DNA from: Podarcis vaucheri
Lineage: Eukaryota
Strand: one strand, 5' to 3'
Assembly: GCA_965113315.1 (NCBI GenBank)
Contig: OZ220370.1
DNA length: 64,000 nucleotides
Numbering within the stretch: the stretch's first letter is position 1; each line of letters opens with the position of its first letter. Shown one piece after another: positions 24,603-37,599 of the stretch. The translations under genes were made by a program, and so were the position numbers. Below the pieces are notes generated by a model, which did not search any database, had not been told where the DNA came from, and saw only the letters and a program-made list of their open reading frames with translations.

Positions 24603-27600
24603 ACTGGGTTCAGCACAGATCAAGACTAGCCAGCTTCCAGGCCTATTATTCTCCTTGCTGGGATGGATGTGGCATCCAGCCAGGTGAGAAGTGGCGAGAA
24701 AATGCCTATCCCACCACCTAAAAGTATGGCAACACATCTTTGCTTAGCTAACCCTTTATGATGCTGATGATAGTGACCAATGCCATTAGCTTAACAAAGA
24801 AACGGATTTGGCCAGTTCACCAGGTATTCTCTTGCAGGTTCTAACTTCACAGACACAGAATCACAGGCATGGGAGGGACCCATGGAGCTACCTGTAATTC
24901 AGACTGATCCCCATCCCACCCCCATAACAAGATTTGTGCAGCTGCTCTGGTTTCAGTGATGGCAGCATCACATACCTCTTTGAGACTCCAGTCAAATGAC
25001 TTTGATTAAACTAGAGTTGTGTGTGTGCATGTCTCTCTGAATTCAGTAAGGTTTCCTTCCTGATACATCTGTTCAGCATTGCAGAGTAAATAATTTCTAG
25101 GTGCTATTGGAGAAAATGGTAAGAAGAGAATACAGTATTTAACTGTGTATGCAAGAACTTCTGGCTGGCCGATAATTTCCTAATGGGAAATGACAGCTTA
25201 AATAGTTTATGAAAACAGCATTCCTCTAAAAGTTGCAGGCAGTGATTTGTATATGTAACGTGAAGAACAGAGGACAGTATTTTAAAGGAACGTTTCACAG
25301 GCTTCTTAGAACTATGAGAGCTATTTATTTAAAATTGCTTCAATTTTTTCTTGAAGAAGGAAACAGTTTGGAGATCAAAGTGAGCAGTACTGTTATTTCT
25401 GTCACTAAAATTGCAGATTAGGGTCTTTGTCAGTGTTGCTCTTTGGGTGGTCATGTGTCCTATTTTAGAGAGGACAGCCCTCTATATCAAGAGGGCTTGA
25501 AGGACTCATCTATTTGAAGTGCTGCCCAGTCCAAGCCCAGCTCAAAGGCTAAGAACCACAAGACTGGAAAAGTTAGCACCTGGACAACAGACTGAGCAGG
25601 CATGTGAACCAACCTGCTCACAGTCTTTTCCCTGCTGTGGTGAGTTGTCATTATTTCTAAATGTGAATCTATACATATCAAGGAGCACACTTATGCAAAT
25701 ATACATCCTCCTTTTTGCTGGTGCAGTTCCTCTTTGGGTGATATTAAATCTTCATTCTCTAGGGCAGGGTCTGGATCTGGTGGCCTTCTAGATTTTGCTG
25801 GACTACTACAGCTCCCTGAGCAGTGGTTATTTGGGCTGTGGCTAATGTTTCTAACTCTCCTTGGTCTTAAGGGCAAGCTGTCCTGAGATTCCTCCGCAGC
25901 ATCTGAGGAACGTTTGCTTTGAATTAACATCATGATTAATTATTTCTGTCCCATTACCTTTGCGATTTCAAATATTTGTTGGAAGTATGGTTGGTGAGTG
26001 AGGCAGAAAGCTGACATGTTATTTGCTTATCAAACCAAGGTACAAACTCAAGGCTAAATATCAATGGGATCATGAAGGTTCCTATAGACTGTGGATTTAT
26101 GTCCTTCCTCCAAAAATAGCTTTGAGAAAGCACAATGCTTTTCTGAATACCTCACAAGTTGGGGCTGGCAGGAATGTCAGGTTTCTTCCACATGTCTGGA
26201 ATGGGCAAGATGCCAGTACCAGTTTCTACACTAAAGGTTACATTGCAGAATTATGCTCTGCAGTTTAGTCACCCAAGATTAAAGATCTGGGAACTTGCTT
26301 AAAGGGTGGATGAGAGGTTGAAGCAAGCTGAGAAAGAACAAGAGACTCCAGCATAGAAAAGGGACTCTTGGCTGACCAATCCAGGGACAAGTGATCACAT
26401 AAGCAATACTTGAGTTGCTATCTTGGAAGGGCAAAATACACAGGGAAAGAGTCACTGGTGAGAGGGAGAGAGTGTGTGTCTCAGTGTGAAAAGCCCCAGA
26501 AATCTCTATTTAGTAATGTAGATGGGAGGGGTGGGTGGATTTGTGTGTGTGTGTAGAAAAACAACTCTGGGAGAACCCCTTCAATTCTACAGATGGGTAT
26601 CAACCTTTTGCAAGTCTTCAAAATATATCAAGTCAGTTTGATCAAAGACATTGGTGGAATTTTTCAAAAAAGGAGCACGTGTAACTTTAGGGGAGGCTGC
26701 AAACAGAAGGTGCGTGTGGATCTGTTGTGCGAGGGGAGTCAGAGCGGGCTATGATGTGGCCAGAAGTTGTGCCCCACAGAGGTGAGCCTGAATGTGCGCA
26801 GAATATTGCTTTATAAGGATTGGGTTGGCAGGCTTGTCGGTGGGCAATTACAGCTTCCTTCAAACATCTGCAAAGCTGTTGCCTGTACACAGCTTAAGTT
26901 GTGCTAAGGATGCTCATGTCACATTCAGGTCAAAGCTGGAATGGAAGAAGAGGAAGAGAGGGGAGCTTCAGAAAGAGGGCTAGGCTGGATTCCCATGTGG
27001 GTAGGAGGCTTTGTGGGATATTTGAAAGTGTGCAAGTGCAACATAACTAGAAAAAAATGGGCAGAGTGAGAACACGTGAAATGTCTTGTGATTCTTCTAA
27101 AGTTCCCTCTCCCCCCAGGTAGGAATCCCTCTCCCTCCAGGGAGGGATGTCAAGCTAAAGCTTTCTTGTGCCTCCAGTAGTTCACTCAACTGCTGGCCTG
27201 AACAAATGGAGCTCAGTTGCCACTTGCACGCCTGCAGAGACTAAAGGCAGAGTTTTTGCCTGACATAAAAAATGGCAGAGCAAGGCCATCAGGTAATTAT
27301 TCAGCACTGCAATGAATCTGAAGAGATGTTAGGGAAAGTAGATAAATGCATTTAGATAAGGGTAATTAGTAAGATGTTCCAAACTCTGATTCAAAGCAAG
27401 CCTTAAAATTACTTAGGGGTTATCCTTGCACTTCTAGGTCACCAGTTCAAGTGTATGGGCGGGGGGGGGGGGGCAGGAATGAAAAAGTACCAGCTGTCAC
27501 TCTACCATCAGAATACCTTCCATTCCACATGTTTGCAGACATTTGCATACAACAAAAGCACATTGCAAAGACTTCAACAGGCAGTTCCTTGCTGTAAAAT

Positions 27601-29631
27601 GTGAGTGATGGTATGTTGAAGGACAATCCACTCCCACCAATCTCAACCAGGCTGGATAAGGGGGGTCATCTTGCCAACTTTGAAGCCTCGATTCCTCTTA
27701 TGCAGTAGAAGAATTTTTTTTTTTTAAAAAAGAAGTTTATGCAATTGTCATCGAACAATGAGAATAATATGAAACAAAGTTGATAGTGAAAACTGTCAGA
27801 ATGAACCACAGTAATAACGAATAACAATCGGAACACAACCGCCTGTTTTAATTCTGGATGAGATCACATGAAATGCCTGTTAATAAAGGTAAAACTAAAA
27901 ATCCGTCCTTAAAATAAGTGAAAAGTCCAGAAGCAAAGCATGATGGCAACATGAAGGCAGTTGTTTGTCTGCAAGCAATTGGTATTCAGAGATGCTTCTG
28001 AATGTGGAAGCTCCTCTTCAGATGGCTAATGGCTAGTGATAGCTTTATAATCTTCCAAAAATTTGTCTAATCCCTTTTTACAGCTCATTGCCATCTTTAA
28101 ATCTTGTGGCATGGAATACATAAAGATGTTACTTATAGATTTATTGAAATACTGACACACCATGTACAATAGAACTCCCTTTTGTCAGTTCTGAACCTAC
28201 CACCAATACATTTCAATGGGTCAGCCAGACTTCTAGCATTATATGAGGAGATCTCTCTGTTTCATATTCATAATTTTATCACTCTCTGTTGTGTCCCTCC
28301 TTATTAATCCTTTTTCCATGGTGCAAAATGCACGAAGCCAACAGAAAAGACTAAAAGAGCTAAAGGGAGTAATAAAAATCAAAGCATAGGGGAGGGAGGG
28401 TCTTGGACAATAAGAGTAATAGATTTGGGGAAGTATTATGGGAGAGGAAAAGAGAACTTGTTTCCAGCTAAAATGGAAACACACACAAGCACTAGATGTT
28501 TTTAGGGGAGGGAATACGCTGCTCTGGATTTTTAGTATTATTAATCTGATTAATTAGAAGAATATTATACTACCTCTATGTCATAAAAAGTGGCAGGTTC
28601 CCTGCCTCCTTTTCACCAGAAGTTCTGCCCCATTCCCCATATGTCTTGACTTTTAATATGAACTTTGTATCACTTGATGTAAAATATGATTTTTTTTGGG
28701 GGGGGGAGGGAATTGTTTTAGAGTAGAATGTGACCTATGTACATGACATCATCTCATTGCTGCCAATCTGACGGAGCAGTTTTTCAGTCCCCTGACCTAA
28801 ATGTTTGGGGTGTTACTCCTGTTATGTGAATGTACAGAGTGTTCCTTTGTAGGTGTAGTCCCCGTGACATCTGGGTTACTGGTTCCACACTCTTTCGCTG
28901 GAATAAAGCTGCGTGCAATTTTTATTTTAGCATTTTGCCAAATGTTAACATTGGTAAAAATGTGTCGGCTTTCAGTGTGTTCTTTTTTTTTATCTCTGTG
29001 TGTGGCATGTGTTTTATAAAAATTGATTTTTGAAACTTCCTGGATGAGGAGCATGTTGTAAGCAAGCAAGCAAATAAATAAAGTACTTTATATGATATGT
29101 CGTTAGACACCATATCTGCTGCCTCGTCCCCCATCTTCCTTAATCCCTTCTTGACTGGCTGCTGTTTTGAATCCTAATTGTCCTGCACCAAATTTGCACA
29201 TTCAATCTCAGTTGGTCTAGTCCTCAAGGCATTCAATAAAGTCACATTTAGGCTAATGAATTTCCATTAACATCTGCAAGTAAAAATTAATGTTTTAAAG
29301 TGCAAATTAAATCCAGGCTCTTCTCATAAGGGTATGTTCAGCAGAAATGGCTGTGATCTAGCTGTGCGGACCTTGGAAGAGTAAATTTACTCTCAACACA
29401 CAAAGGAAGTGCAATGGATACTAAGAACTGAGCCTTCAAGGACCAAGCCCTCACTCACCTCCTTGCACTCTCAGTCGCTAATTTTCTCGGGGTAAGAACA
29501 CCACCACCTCAACCTATCTTTCAGTTTCATTTCCCTGAATGTCACCTGCACCTTGCACCAGTATGTCAAACCTGTCAAGATGAAGGTCAACAAGGAATCT
29601 TCTCTGTGGTGGGACAGGGATCAATGCAGTA

Positions 29632-29865
29632 CAGTTGCACCTTGGTTTTCAAACAGCTTAGTTCCTGAACGTTTTGGCTCCAGAACGCCTGGAAGCAACT
29701 GTACCGGTTTGTGAACTATTTTTGGAAGCCGAACTCCTGACAGGGCTTCCAATTGGCTGCAGGAACTTCCTGCAACCAATCAGAATCCGCACTTTGGTTT
29801 CCGAACGTTTTGGAAGTTGAACGGACTTCTAGAATGGATTCCGTTCGACTTCCAAGGTACGACTG
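29632..29865. mobile_element. Tc1/mariner-superfamily MITE
   Basis: TA|CAGTTGCACCTTGG ... CCAAGGTACGACTG|TA. Confidence 0.8.
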
Positions 29866-29999
29866 TATCTATTTCATGCAGGGATGTATATATTTGGTTC
29901 AGCCCTTCATCATACATAGAAGATTCCTAGTTTGGCAACAATGGGGAATGGCTGTAAGAACTGGTATACACGAAAATCAATGGGTTGTATCCAACTAAG

Positions 30000-30172
30000 T
30001 CATAGAATCATAGAATTTTAATTGGAAAGGACCACAAGAGTAATTGGAAAGAAAATTGGAAATTTTAGTTGGAAAGGACCACAAGAGTCATCTAGTCCAA
30101 CCCCCTGCAATGCAGAATCTTTTGCCCAACGTGGGGCTTGAAATTAAGAGTCTCATGCTTTACTGACTGAGC
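30000..30172 (-). mobile_element. tRNA-Lys/CR1 SINE with partly duplicated tail
   Basis: CATAGAATCATAGAAT tail. TTGGAAAGGACCACAAGAGT present twice. GCCCAACGTGGGGC..AAGAGTCTCATGC is the reverse complement of tRNA-Lys. Confidence 0.8.
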
Positions 30173-30623
30173 AGAAGGACCCACACAATGAAACTCCAAC
30201 TCCCTCTCCTCTCCCTGCATGCCCCTTCCTGCACCCCTGAAAACCTGTTCTGGGATTTCCCCCAATCCTCTGGAGCAGACTTGTGGAGGGCATGGGGGCA
30301 GGTCCTTGCGTGTCAGAGAGGAAGTTCTGTTGTGTAGGTGAAGGTCCTTCCACTAATGGGATGACTTTGCTGCCTACTACCCAAGACACTCACGACACTA
30401 TCCCTGTACAGTTTCACTCTCTAGAAAAAGGGTTGCATGTGCAAATCTTGGCACAAGTCCTTTAGGCTGTGGCATAAAAGCATCCAGATTAATACCAACT
30501 GGTTGTGTTTCGCCCATTGCACAATTAAGTCACTTTCTGGGGTGGGAGTCAGATGTGGACACAGAACTTTTGTCACCAGGCTGGCTTGGGCTGGCAAAAG
30601 CTGTTGTCCAAATCATGTGGAGA

Positions 30624-30930
30624 CAGGGCCGTCTTACCCATTAGGGTTAATGGCGCCCTGTGCCACGGTGCCCGCCCAACAGGGGCGTCCAGCAGCGGGA
30701 GTCTGGGACCAACCGGGAACAGCTGCGAGGGCATGCTGGGTGGTGGCTCTCCTGCCTGGGAGAGGAGGCAGCGGCGCCGCCGCCGCACAAAGCTATGCGA
30801 CACCTTTCTCCCTCCTGCCCACCCCGCAGCAGTAGCGAGACTGCTGAGGAAGCCCATGCAGCAAGCGAGCCTCAAGCTGCCCAGTGCAGGGGGCAGGGAG
30901 GGGTGCCGAGAACGTTGCCCCCCTGCCCCT
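30624..30930. mobile_element. GC-rich truncated hAT-like element
   Basis: Begins CAGGGCCGTCTTA (hAT-like end) and is CpG-rich. Second TIR and TSD not found. Confidence 0.45.
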
Positions 30931-31152
30931 TCTGCTGAGCAAAAAGGTGGAGGAGAGATTCATTCAGAAGGATGATTTAAGCACAATGTGTGGACCCCAA
31001 TTCCTTTGCTTTTCTGCCAGTTATTAACTGCACTCTTTCAACAGGGCAGAGCACAGAGGGAAATGATAGCCTGCATCCCAAAGGAAAGAATGGCAGACTG
31101 ATTACTTTATGGTTATTTTGAAAAACTGATGAGACAGCAAATGATAGTCAAT

Positions 31153-31170
31153 CCTATTAAAAAGATTAAG

Positions 31171-31207
<37 letters not shown>
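31153..31207. repeat. (CA)n microsatellite
   Basis: Direct reading of the sequence. Confidence 0.95.
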
Positions 31208-31209
<2 letters not shown>

Positions 31210-32605
31210 CTTCAAACACCCTATATAGCCTACATTGGGATTGGTTGATATGATTCTACAACTCAAGAAGAGTGGAAATTACAGAACATCTGCAATGAAA
31301 TTGGTTTTCTGTGGAAAACTGATGAATCACTTACTGCCAATGACTGGAAGGAAAAATGCTTGTTTATGCCCTTATGTAATGAATTTTTATGAGGTGAAGT
31401 TTGGTGTTTATTAAAAAAAAGAAAAAAGAAAAAAACCACTTTAAACCGCCAGAGATGTAAAATAATAGAATTCCAAATTCAAAGCAATGAATTACTGCAA
31501 AGACAATCACAAGTAGAATACTATCTGCTACCAAACATCCAAACAGACCCATTACTCTTATAATGACATTAAAATTTTTCATCCATCCAGTTAAGTGGGG
31601 CGGAGAGGGGGGGATGGCATGAAAAGGGGCAGGCATAGGAGTTCCAGTTCAAAGCAGAAAACACATCTGCATTCCTATTTTGAGTTCCAGAATGTTTTCT
31701 TTTTTCTCCTCCTGGAAAAAGAGATGGGGGGAGGGAGAAGCGAAAGCATTTCTCAAGGATAAAATTACATTTCTCAGCGAGTCTTCAGAGAAACAAATCA
31801 AAGGTCCAAAAGCTTCCTGCAGTCCCAGGAATACAGATTGGAGACAGACTCCTCCCCCATCCTAAAGTTCACACGGCTTTTTCAATTGAAGAAGTCTGGA
31901 ACCCCATACATTCGTGTATAGGAGACGCTCTTACCCCAAACCTCCCCTCAATGGGGCTTGCTTGGCTGTAGAATAGGCATGGCTACAGGCTGGCCATGTT
32001 AGCTGAAATCTACAAATATTTCCTCCTCGTAGCTAAGAAATTGCCTCGCAGTATCAAAACTCTGTTAAGAGTTAAAACAACTGCATTCTCTTTAAAGACA
32101 ACGGAACAACTTTTAAATAGGAGTGGAAATTAGCTGATGTTCTTGCTTGTGGCTAAGGTGGGGAGACCGTAGCCCTGTGCCAAACTGACTGCTAAACTAA
32201 TGATTACAACAACTTAATTACCCTCAGTGTGCTTAATATCAACCCCCCATGGATTCCTGTCAGCATGCAAACTGTAACTCTAGCCCTCATTTGGCAATTG
32301 CTTTGGGGGAAATTAGCTTGGCTTCAGTTGCGAGGCGTGTGTACAAGTGCAGAGTTCTGAGGCGATAGTTATCTTTCTAATAATCCTTTTTCTTCTTGCA
32401 CTTTGGAATTATGCTTTTACATGGTTCCCCCACCCCCACACGGAAAACCACATCGGCGATAACAGCAAGGGAAAAGAGCCAGGAGCAATATATCCACTTC
32501 CTAGCCTTTCTGCTCCAGTGCACAAGTATCAACCGAGTGGCCGGCAGTTAGCCACCCTCTTCAGAAATATGGCAAGCGTCACTTTGCGGGACTGGCCTGG
32601 TACAA

Positions 32606-32757
32606 AGGAACGCAGGGAGCTGCCTTCTACGGAGCCAAGCCATTGGCGCATCTAGCTCAGGGCATATCTAGCATCACTGACTAGCATCAGCTCTGACACT
32701 CCCAGCCCTTTTGGGAGATGGGACAATACCAGATACTCCACCACTGAGCTACGGCCC
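32606..32757 (-). mobile_element. Degraded tRNA-Ala-type SINE (Squam2-like)
   Basis: ACCACTGAGCTACGGCCC is the reverse complement of the head seen at 52927. Tail similar to the reverse complement of 53060-53125. Confidence 0.55.
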
Positions 32758-33395
32758 ATGTCATGAACAGGAAGGAGGAAGAGGGATCTGGTGTGGGGTG
32801 TTGCTGTTACTGGGACACACAGCAAGCTAGGGATGGAAGAGGAGAGGTTGGCACAGAAAGTACTCACGGGGTGGTGAAGAATGGCCTGGTCAATGTGCAG
32901 GAACCAGAGCAGCAGGGCCCATGACCAGAGAGTCAGAGGGAGCTCTGTCTCCCCAAATGCGGCAGGCTGAGGCCTAAGGAGCAGTGGGAGGAATGTTCTA
33001 GGAAGCTGAGGCAGGTGAGGGCCCACAGCCCAGCTCACCAGCCAGCCAGGTGGTGCTTGTTAGCTGGAGGAGCTGAGTGATTCCTCAGCTGGAGGAGACT
33101 GGGAACAGGTGAGGGTCACCTGCCTCATCAAGCCCAGAGGCGACAACTGGCAAGCAAACTACAGCTTGGGTGTTCCAAGGAGCTTTCAGAAAGTTCAGTA
33201 AAGCCTCTGAACCTATTGGAGGCATAACAACACTGGGGGATGCAACCACAATAAGGTTTGTGGATTGGCCCCAAAGTATTTGCAAGTCAAGCCTAATTTG
33301 GTTGATTCAATGTACATCCTATGCCCTTTAAAAATGTTATGGGGGGGGCTATTAGGTTGTTTTTTTTTTTAAAAAAAAAATAGTTATTTTGTGGT

Positions 33396-33660
33396 CTCTT
33401 CTTCTTCTGTGGTCACTCATAGCCGAGTAAGATTATCTTCTATAAACATGGTTTTAACAATCAGTCCGTGACTGTGGAGGCCTTCTGGACCCACACGTCC
33501 TTCCACAGTGGGGACATTGGTTTCTGGATGGGAGTTGGTCACAGTGTGGATTTGCCAAGCGTGTCTTTCTCTTAGCATGTTTCTCCCTTGCGTCCTGAGT
33601 TTGAGTGTCTTCAAAGCCCATGACACCTTTGGTAAAGGCTGTTCTCCAACTGGAGCGCTT
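33396..33660 (-). mobile_element. RTE-clade LINE 3' end
   Basis: Minus-strand ERSSWRTAFTKGVMGFED..NQCPHCGRTCGS (RTE C-terminal CxxC..H) followed by a short (GAA)n tail. Confidence 0.8.
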
Positions 33661-34042
33661 TTATTCTGTGAACCGTCCTGAGACCCCAGGTACAGGATGG
33701 TATATTAATAATAATAATAATAATAATAATAGTTTGCAGGTGCAGTTGTCTCTATGCAACGAAATCATACTAAGGGTAGACTCACTGAAATTAATAAATC
33801 TGTTACACCTTTTAAAATATTATTACTTTTATTGGTCTACTCCCATACCATCCACAGAATACAACCCAGTGTGGTTGAACTGTATATAAAACTGAATGGG
33901 TCTAGCGCAACTTGAGAAACAATAGTGTGAAATGGCTTCCCAGAGTTTGTGGCAGCTTTTAATGATGCCATCTCTTCTCTCCTTTTCTTGGCACCCATGT
34001 GGTTATATTACATGTAACTATTACAAGTGGCTGCACTTATGT

Positions 34043-34165
34043 TATGGTTACCAAGTTTTTTCCAATGAATCCGGGGGCACTTTTCAACTTCAATGGATTT
34101 TGTGTGGGGACTGATTTGTAAATCAAGGGACTGTCCCCGGGAAACGAGGACGTCTGGTAACCTTA
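34043..34165. mobile_element. hAT (Blackjack-like) MITE
   Basis: TATGGTTACCA ... TGGTAACCTTA termini. Perfect 8-bp TSD ACTTATGT at 34035-34042 and 34166-34173. Confidence 0.85.
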
Positions 34166-34174
34166 ACTTATGTA

Positions 34175-34312
34175 TCATAGAATTGCAGAGCTGGAGGGAC
34201 CATGAGGGTCATCTCGTCCAACCCCCTGCAATGCAGGGATCTTTTGCCCAATGTGGGGCTTCAACCAACGACCCCGAGATTAAGAGGCTAATGCGCTACC
34301 GACTGATTCAGT
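34175..34312 (-). mobile_element. tRNA-Lys/CR1 SINE
   Basis: Reverse complement of the 55765-55902 family: CATAGAAT..GGTCATCTCGTCCAACCCCCTGCAATGCAGG..GCCCAATGTGGGGC..CTACCGACTGA. Confidence 0.8.
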
Positions 34313-34395
34313 TACCTTAAAAAAAGGTTTTCTTTGAATACACTGACTTATGATGATATAAATAAAATGGACAAAGTTTAATCACTATTTTGTTC

Positions 34396-34401
34396 TTTAT
34401 T
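34396..34401 (-). terminator. PEX2: Candidate PEX2 polyadenylation signal AATAAA
   Basis: TTTATT on the + strand about 230 nt downstream of the PEX2 stop. Confidence 0.55.
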
Positions 34402-34628
34402 TACAGTTCTATTGAGATTGCAATTCTTTGAAAGCCACAATCTTTTTATAGCTGTTGATCATTTTACAGTTAAGTAACAAAACCTACAAAGTAGCACAGA
34501 ATAAGAGAATTCCAGTATTACAGAAAGGTTAAAATTACTGTAGGCTAAATTTAACTATCAGGATAGAATAGTCCCATAGAATGCACAAGTTATACATAAT
34601 TATGGATTTGAGGAAAGCCTAAACAAGC

Positions 34629-35546
34629 TTAATGTGTATCTACCTCTTTCATTTCTAACTTATACTTTAATGGCTGCAGATCTTGCACCTCTGTGCCACA
34701 TTTAGGACAAGTAAAATACAAATCAAATAAGTAGTTGCTTTTAATACAATAGTAACAAAAAACATGTGAACAGCCAATGGTGTGAGGCAGAGTGGGCCAC
34801 TCTCCACACAGAGAACATTCCTTGCAACATGTTGCTGAATTATTTTCATTTCTGGTACCCCCTGAAATAGGTAATGACCAAGAAGAGACTTTGAGTTTGA
34901 GCTTTTGCATGTTAATAAGTGGTAAAAGAAAAATAAGAAATTCAGCAAACCCATGCCACAGGAGTTCCCTGTTTGTGTATTCAAATCCAATCTGACGGAC
35001 ACTCTGCGGCTGGCAGAACACTGATCTGATTCGTAAAATACGTTCAGTGAGTGTAGCAAACTTTCCCTTCTGAAGAAAAGCGAGGAAGTTCAGCAATTCA
35101 CAAAGCCTGATGAGCCCAAACACTATGTTAATAAAGTACTTTGTCTTCCGGAATGACTCCAATGGACGATTGCTAAATAAACCGTAACACCTTTCTTCCA
35201 GCCATTTCCCACCGACGGTGCAAATAAGGTACCAATATTTCTGTTGCTTGCTCAACGCCTGGTATTTCTGCATCTGGGATAAGTCGTTCTTGTACTGAAT
35301 GTTCAGAATAGCTTGCCCCACGGTTGCATTCTTGGAGTAGACAGTGAATCTCCACAAAAAAAGCCACAAGGAGGCTTTAAGCTCTGGTTCAAAGCGAGCC
35401 AACAGTCCGGGTTTAAATCCCTGAAAACAGCGAGTAAACTGGGACCAAACCAGCTGTTCCAATGCTTTGTTCAGTTCAAGGGCATCAAGCTGACTTATTC
35501 TAAGCACAGGAGTCACTTTCTTGCCATTGTCATCGCCAGATGCCAT
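34629..35546 (-). CDS. PEX2: Peroxisome biogenesis factor 2 (RING E3 ligase), 305 aa, single coding exon
   Basis: [28 protein letters not shown] (Pex2/Pex12 N-terminal domain) and C3HC4 RING CSLC..CSH..CYYC..CPKC. ATG at 35546. Acceptor TCTTCTTTTATCATAG ends at 35564, 17 nt upstream of the ATG. Confidence 0.97.
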   Translation of the reverse strand: MASGDDNGKKVTPVLRISQLDALELNKALEQLVWSQFTRCFQGFKPGLLARFEPELKASLWLFLWRFTVYSKNATVGQAILNIQYKNDLSQMQKYQALSKQQKYWYLICTVGGKWLEERCYGLFSNRPLESFRKTKYFINIVFGLIRLCELLNFLAFLQKGKFATLTERILRIRSVFCQPQSVRQIGFEYTNRELLWHGFAEFLIFLLPLINMQKLKLKVSSWSLPISGGTRNENNSATCCKECSLCGEWPTLPHTIGCSHVFCYYCIKSNYLFDLYFTCPKCGTEVQDLQPLKYKLEMKEVDTH

Positions 35547-36905
35547 TGTCAACACGTGGCTTTCTATGATAAAAGAAGAGATTTAAAGATATATATTATT
35601 ATCATATTAATTTAAATTACAATTTATTAGGCTTTAAAAGAAGTATTTCATGTTGATAACAACTTTGTGAGCTAGATCACCCAAGAATTCAAAGCTGGGA
35701 AAGTGCAACTTACCCCAAGGTCATTCAATGGTAAACAGAGGTTTGAAACCCTGAGTTTGCTACCCTCTCCTATTAGTTCTCCCAGAACAAACACTGTATA
35801 TACATACCCAGCGACAGTAATGCTCACATAATTTTCACCCTATATGGTTGGTATTAATCTTTCAACTGAAGCTTAGAATGTGCAATCAACAATTAAATTT
35901 ATAATTAAATGTGAAGCATGGTGCAATAGGCTGCACACACAAACACCAATTCCTTTTTTATTTTTAAATAGTTTTCTCTCAACCCTCCACACTTCCCCAG
36001 AAAGATAAGTATTTGGTTTTAGGAAAAAGGCAAAAAAAGCTTATTCCAAACTCTCTCTCTCTCTCTTTAATGGCTATTTCATAGGTGCAAGTGTTCCCTA
36101 AGAAGATCACAGCACTTCCTATGGCGGAAGTTATTATCAAATATGAAAATTAAGAGGAACTTCTTAGGGGAGGAATTGTATTGCAGTTAAAATAGTTAAC
36201 ATGCCTTCAATGTGGAAGTTGGGTATATTAAGTAGACATATGGGTAAGATAAAGAAGAAATTGTTGCCACATAAGCACTTGCCATACAAAATGATATGGA
36301 AGAATGTGAATGAAAAGCATGCATGAGAGAAGGTAAGCGTATCAAATTAATATACATAACAGTGTAGCAGAGACTGTGACAAACTTTAGGTACTTAAAAA
36401 GAGAATTTTAGCTTCCTTTAAACTAAAACCAACATTCAGACGAAAGCTGCTTCCTTGCAAGAAAGCATCAGGTGTTGCTTGTGTTTTTTTGCAGGGAGCA
36501 TGCAGAGCACTGGCTATATCTGCTGGATGCCACCATCGGCCAGCATGACCTGTGTACACGCTCCAATATCCCTTGCAGCTAAGCACTGCAAGGGACAATG
36601 GGGTAATGATGGGAATGTCCTTTTGCAAGTGAGATGGAGGAATGCTTGCTGGTGCTGTTGGGAATCCCAGGGTTTTCTGCAACATACAATGAGGACCAGG
36701 GGATCTATGGCAGAAGAACTGCTAGGTTGTATTGTGCTAAACACTGGAATAGATTCTTTGAAATCTGGACAGAGTTCTGCACTCTACTGATGTCATGATG
36801 GTTCAAGCCCGCGTCAGTTGAGGTGGTGTATTTATTTTTCATCTGGTGATGGACAGCTGGTGACCTTGCAATACCTTGGTCTCAGGCTTTCAGCACTGTG
36901 TAGAG

Positions 36906-37041
36906 CAGGCGCCCCCAAACTCGGCCCTCCAGGTGTTTTGGGGCTAAAATTCCCATCATCCCTGACCATTGGTCCTGCTAGCTAGGGATGATGGGAGTTG
37001 TAGTCCCAAAACACCTGGAGGGCTGAGTTTGGGGATGCCTG
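36906..37041. mobile_element. Palindromic hAT MITE
   Basis: Almost the whole element is an inverted repeat (CAGGCGCCCCCAAACTCGGCCCTCCAGGTGTTTTGGG / CCCAAAACACCTGGAGGGCTGAGTTTGGGGATGCCTG). TSD GTGTAGAG/GACTAGAG. Confidence 0.85.
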
Positions 37042-37599
37042 GACTAGAGGCTGTACATTTTAGGCAGTTGCCTCCTATTTTTCCATTCTATACAAGCACA
37101 ACTTCCTGCTGTCAGTCAGCAATCAGTCTCATTAATTCCCTCATGGTCTTAAATGGAACTGAACCAGTCAATTGCTTTTATGAAATGTGAAGATGGCTCA
37201 GAGATTCAAGACTTCTCCCAGAAACGGTGCTAGGTCCACATGTGGCAGAACAGTGTGCTTAACTTATAAAAATGTTTGAACTGGTATGATTAAATTTTCT
37301 GCTCCAATTATTCACAGTGCACCATCACTATGCACAGAACGTTACAGAGTACAAGAGAGGAAGTCCCTGCCTTGAGGAGGTTACAATCTAAAATCTGACA
37401 ATGGGGAAACAATGAATCTATTCATGAGGAATTCCCTGGGTTCACTTTCATCTCAGACCAGCAGGCATAGCTAACACAATTTTATCTGCTTGTTTTGATT
37501 TTGGACTAGATTGCTATAAATTACTTGGAGAAGAATACAAGGGCTGTTCAACCATGGCAGGAAAAGAAGGTGGAGCTCAAGCAGGGCAAGTTATTCTTA

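Noticed and set aside
30437-30975. Overlapping 90-140 aa ORFs (also 45187-45792 and 53546-54288)
   Set aside because: Expected by chance in GC-rich TE or CpG-island sequence; no domain signature.
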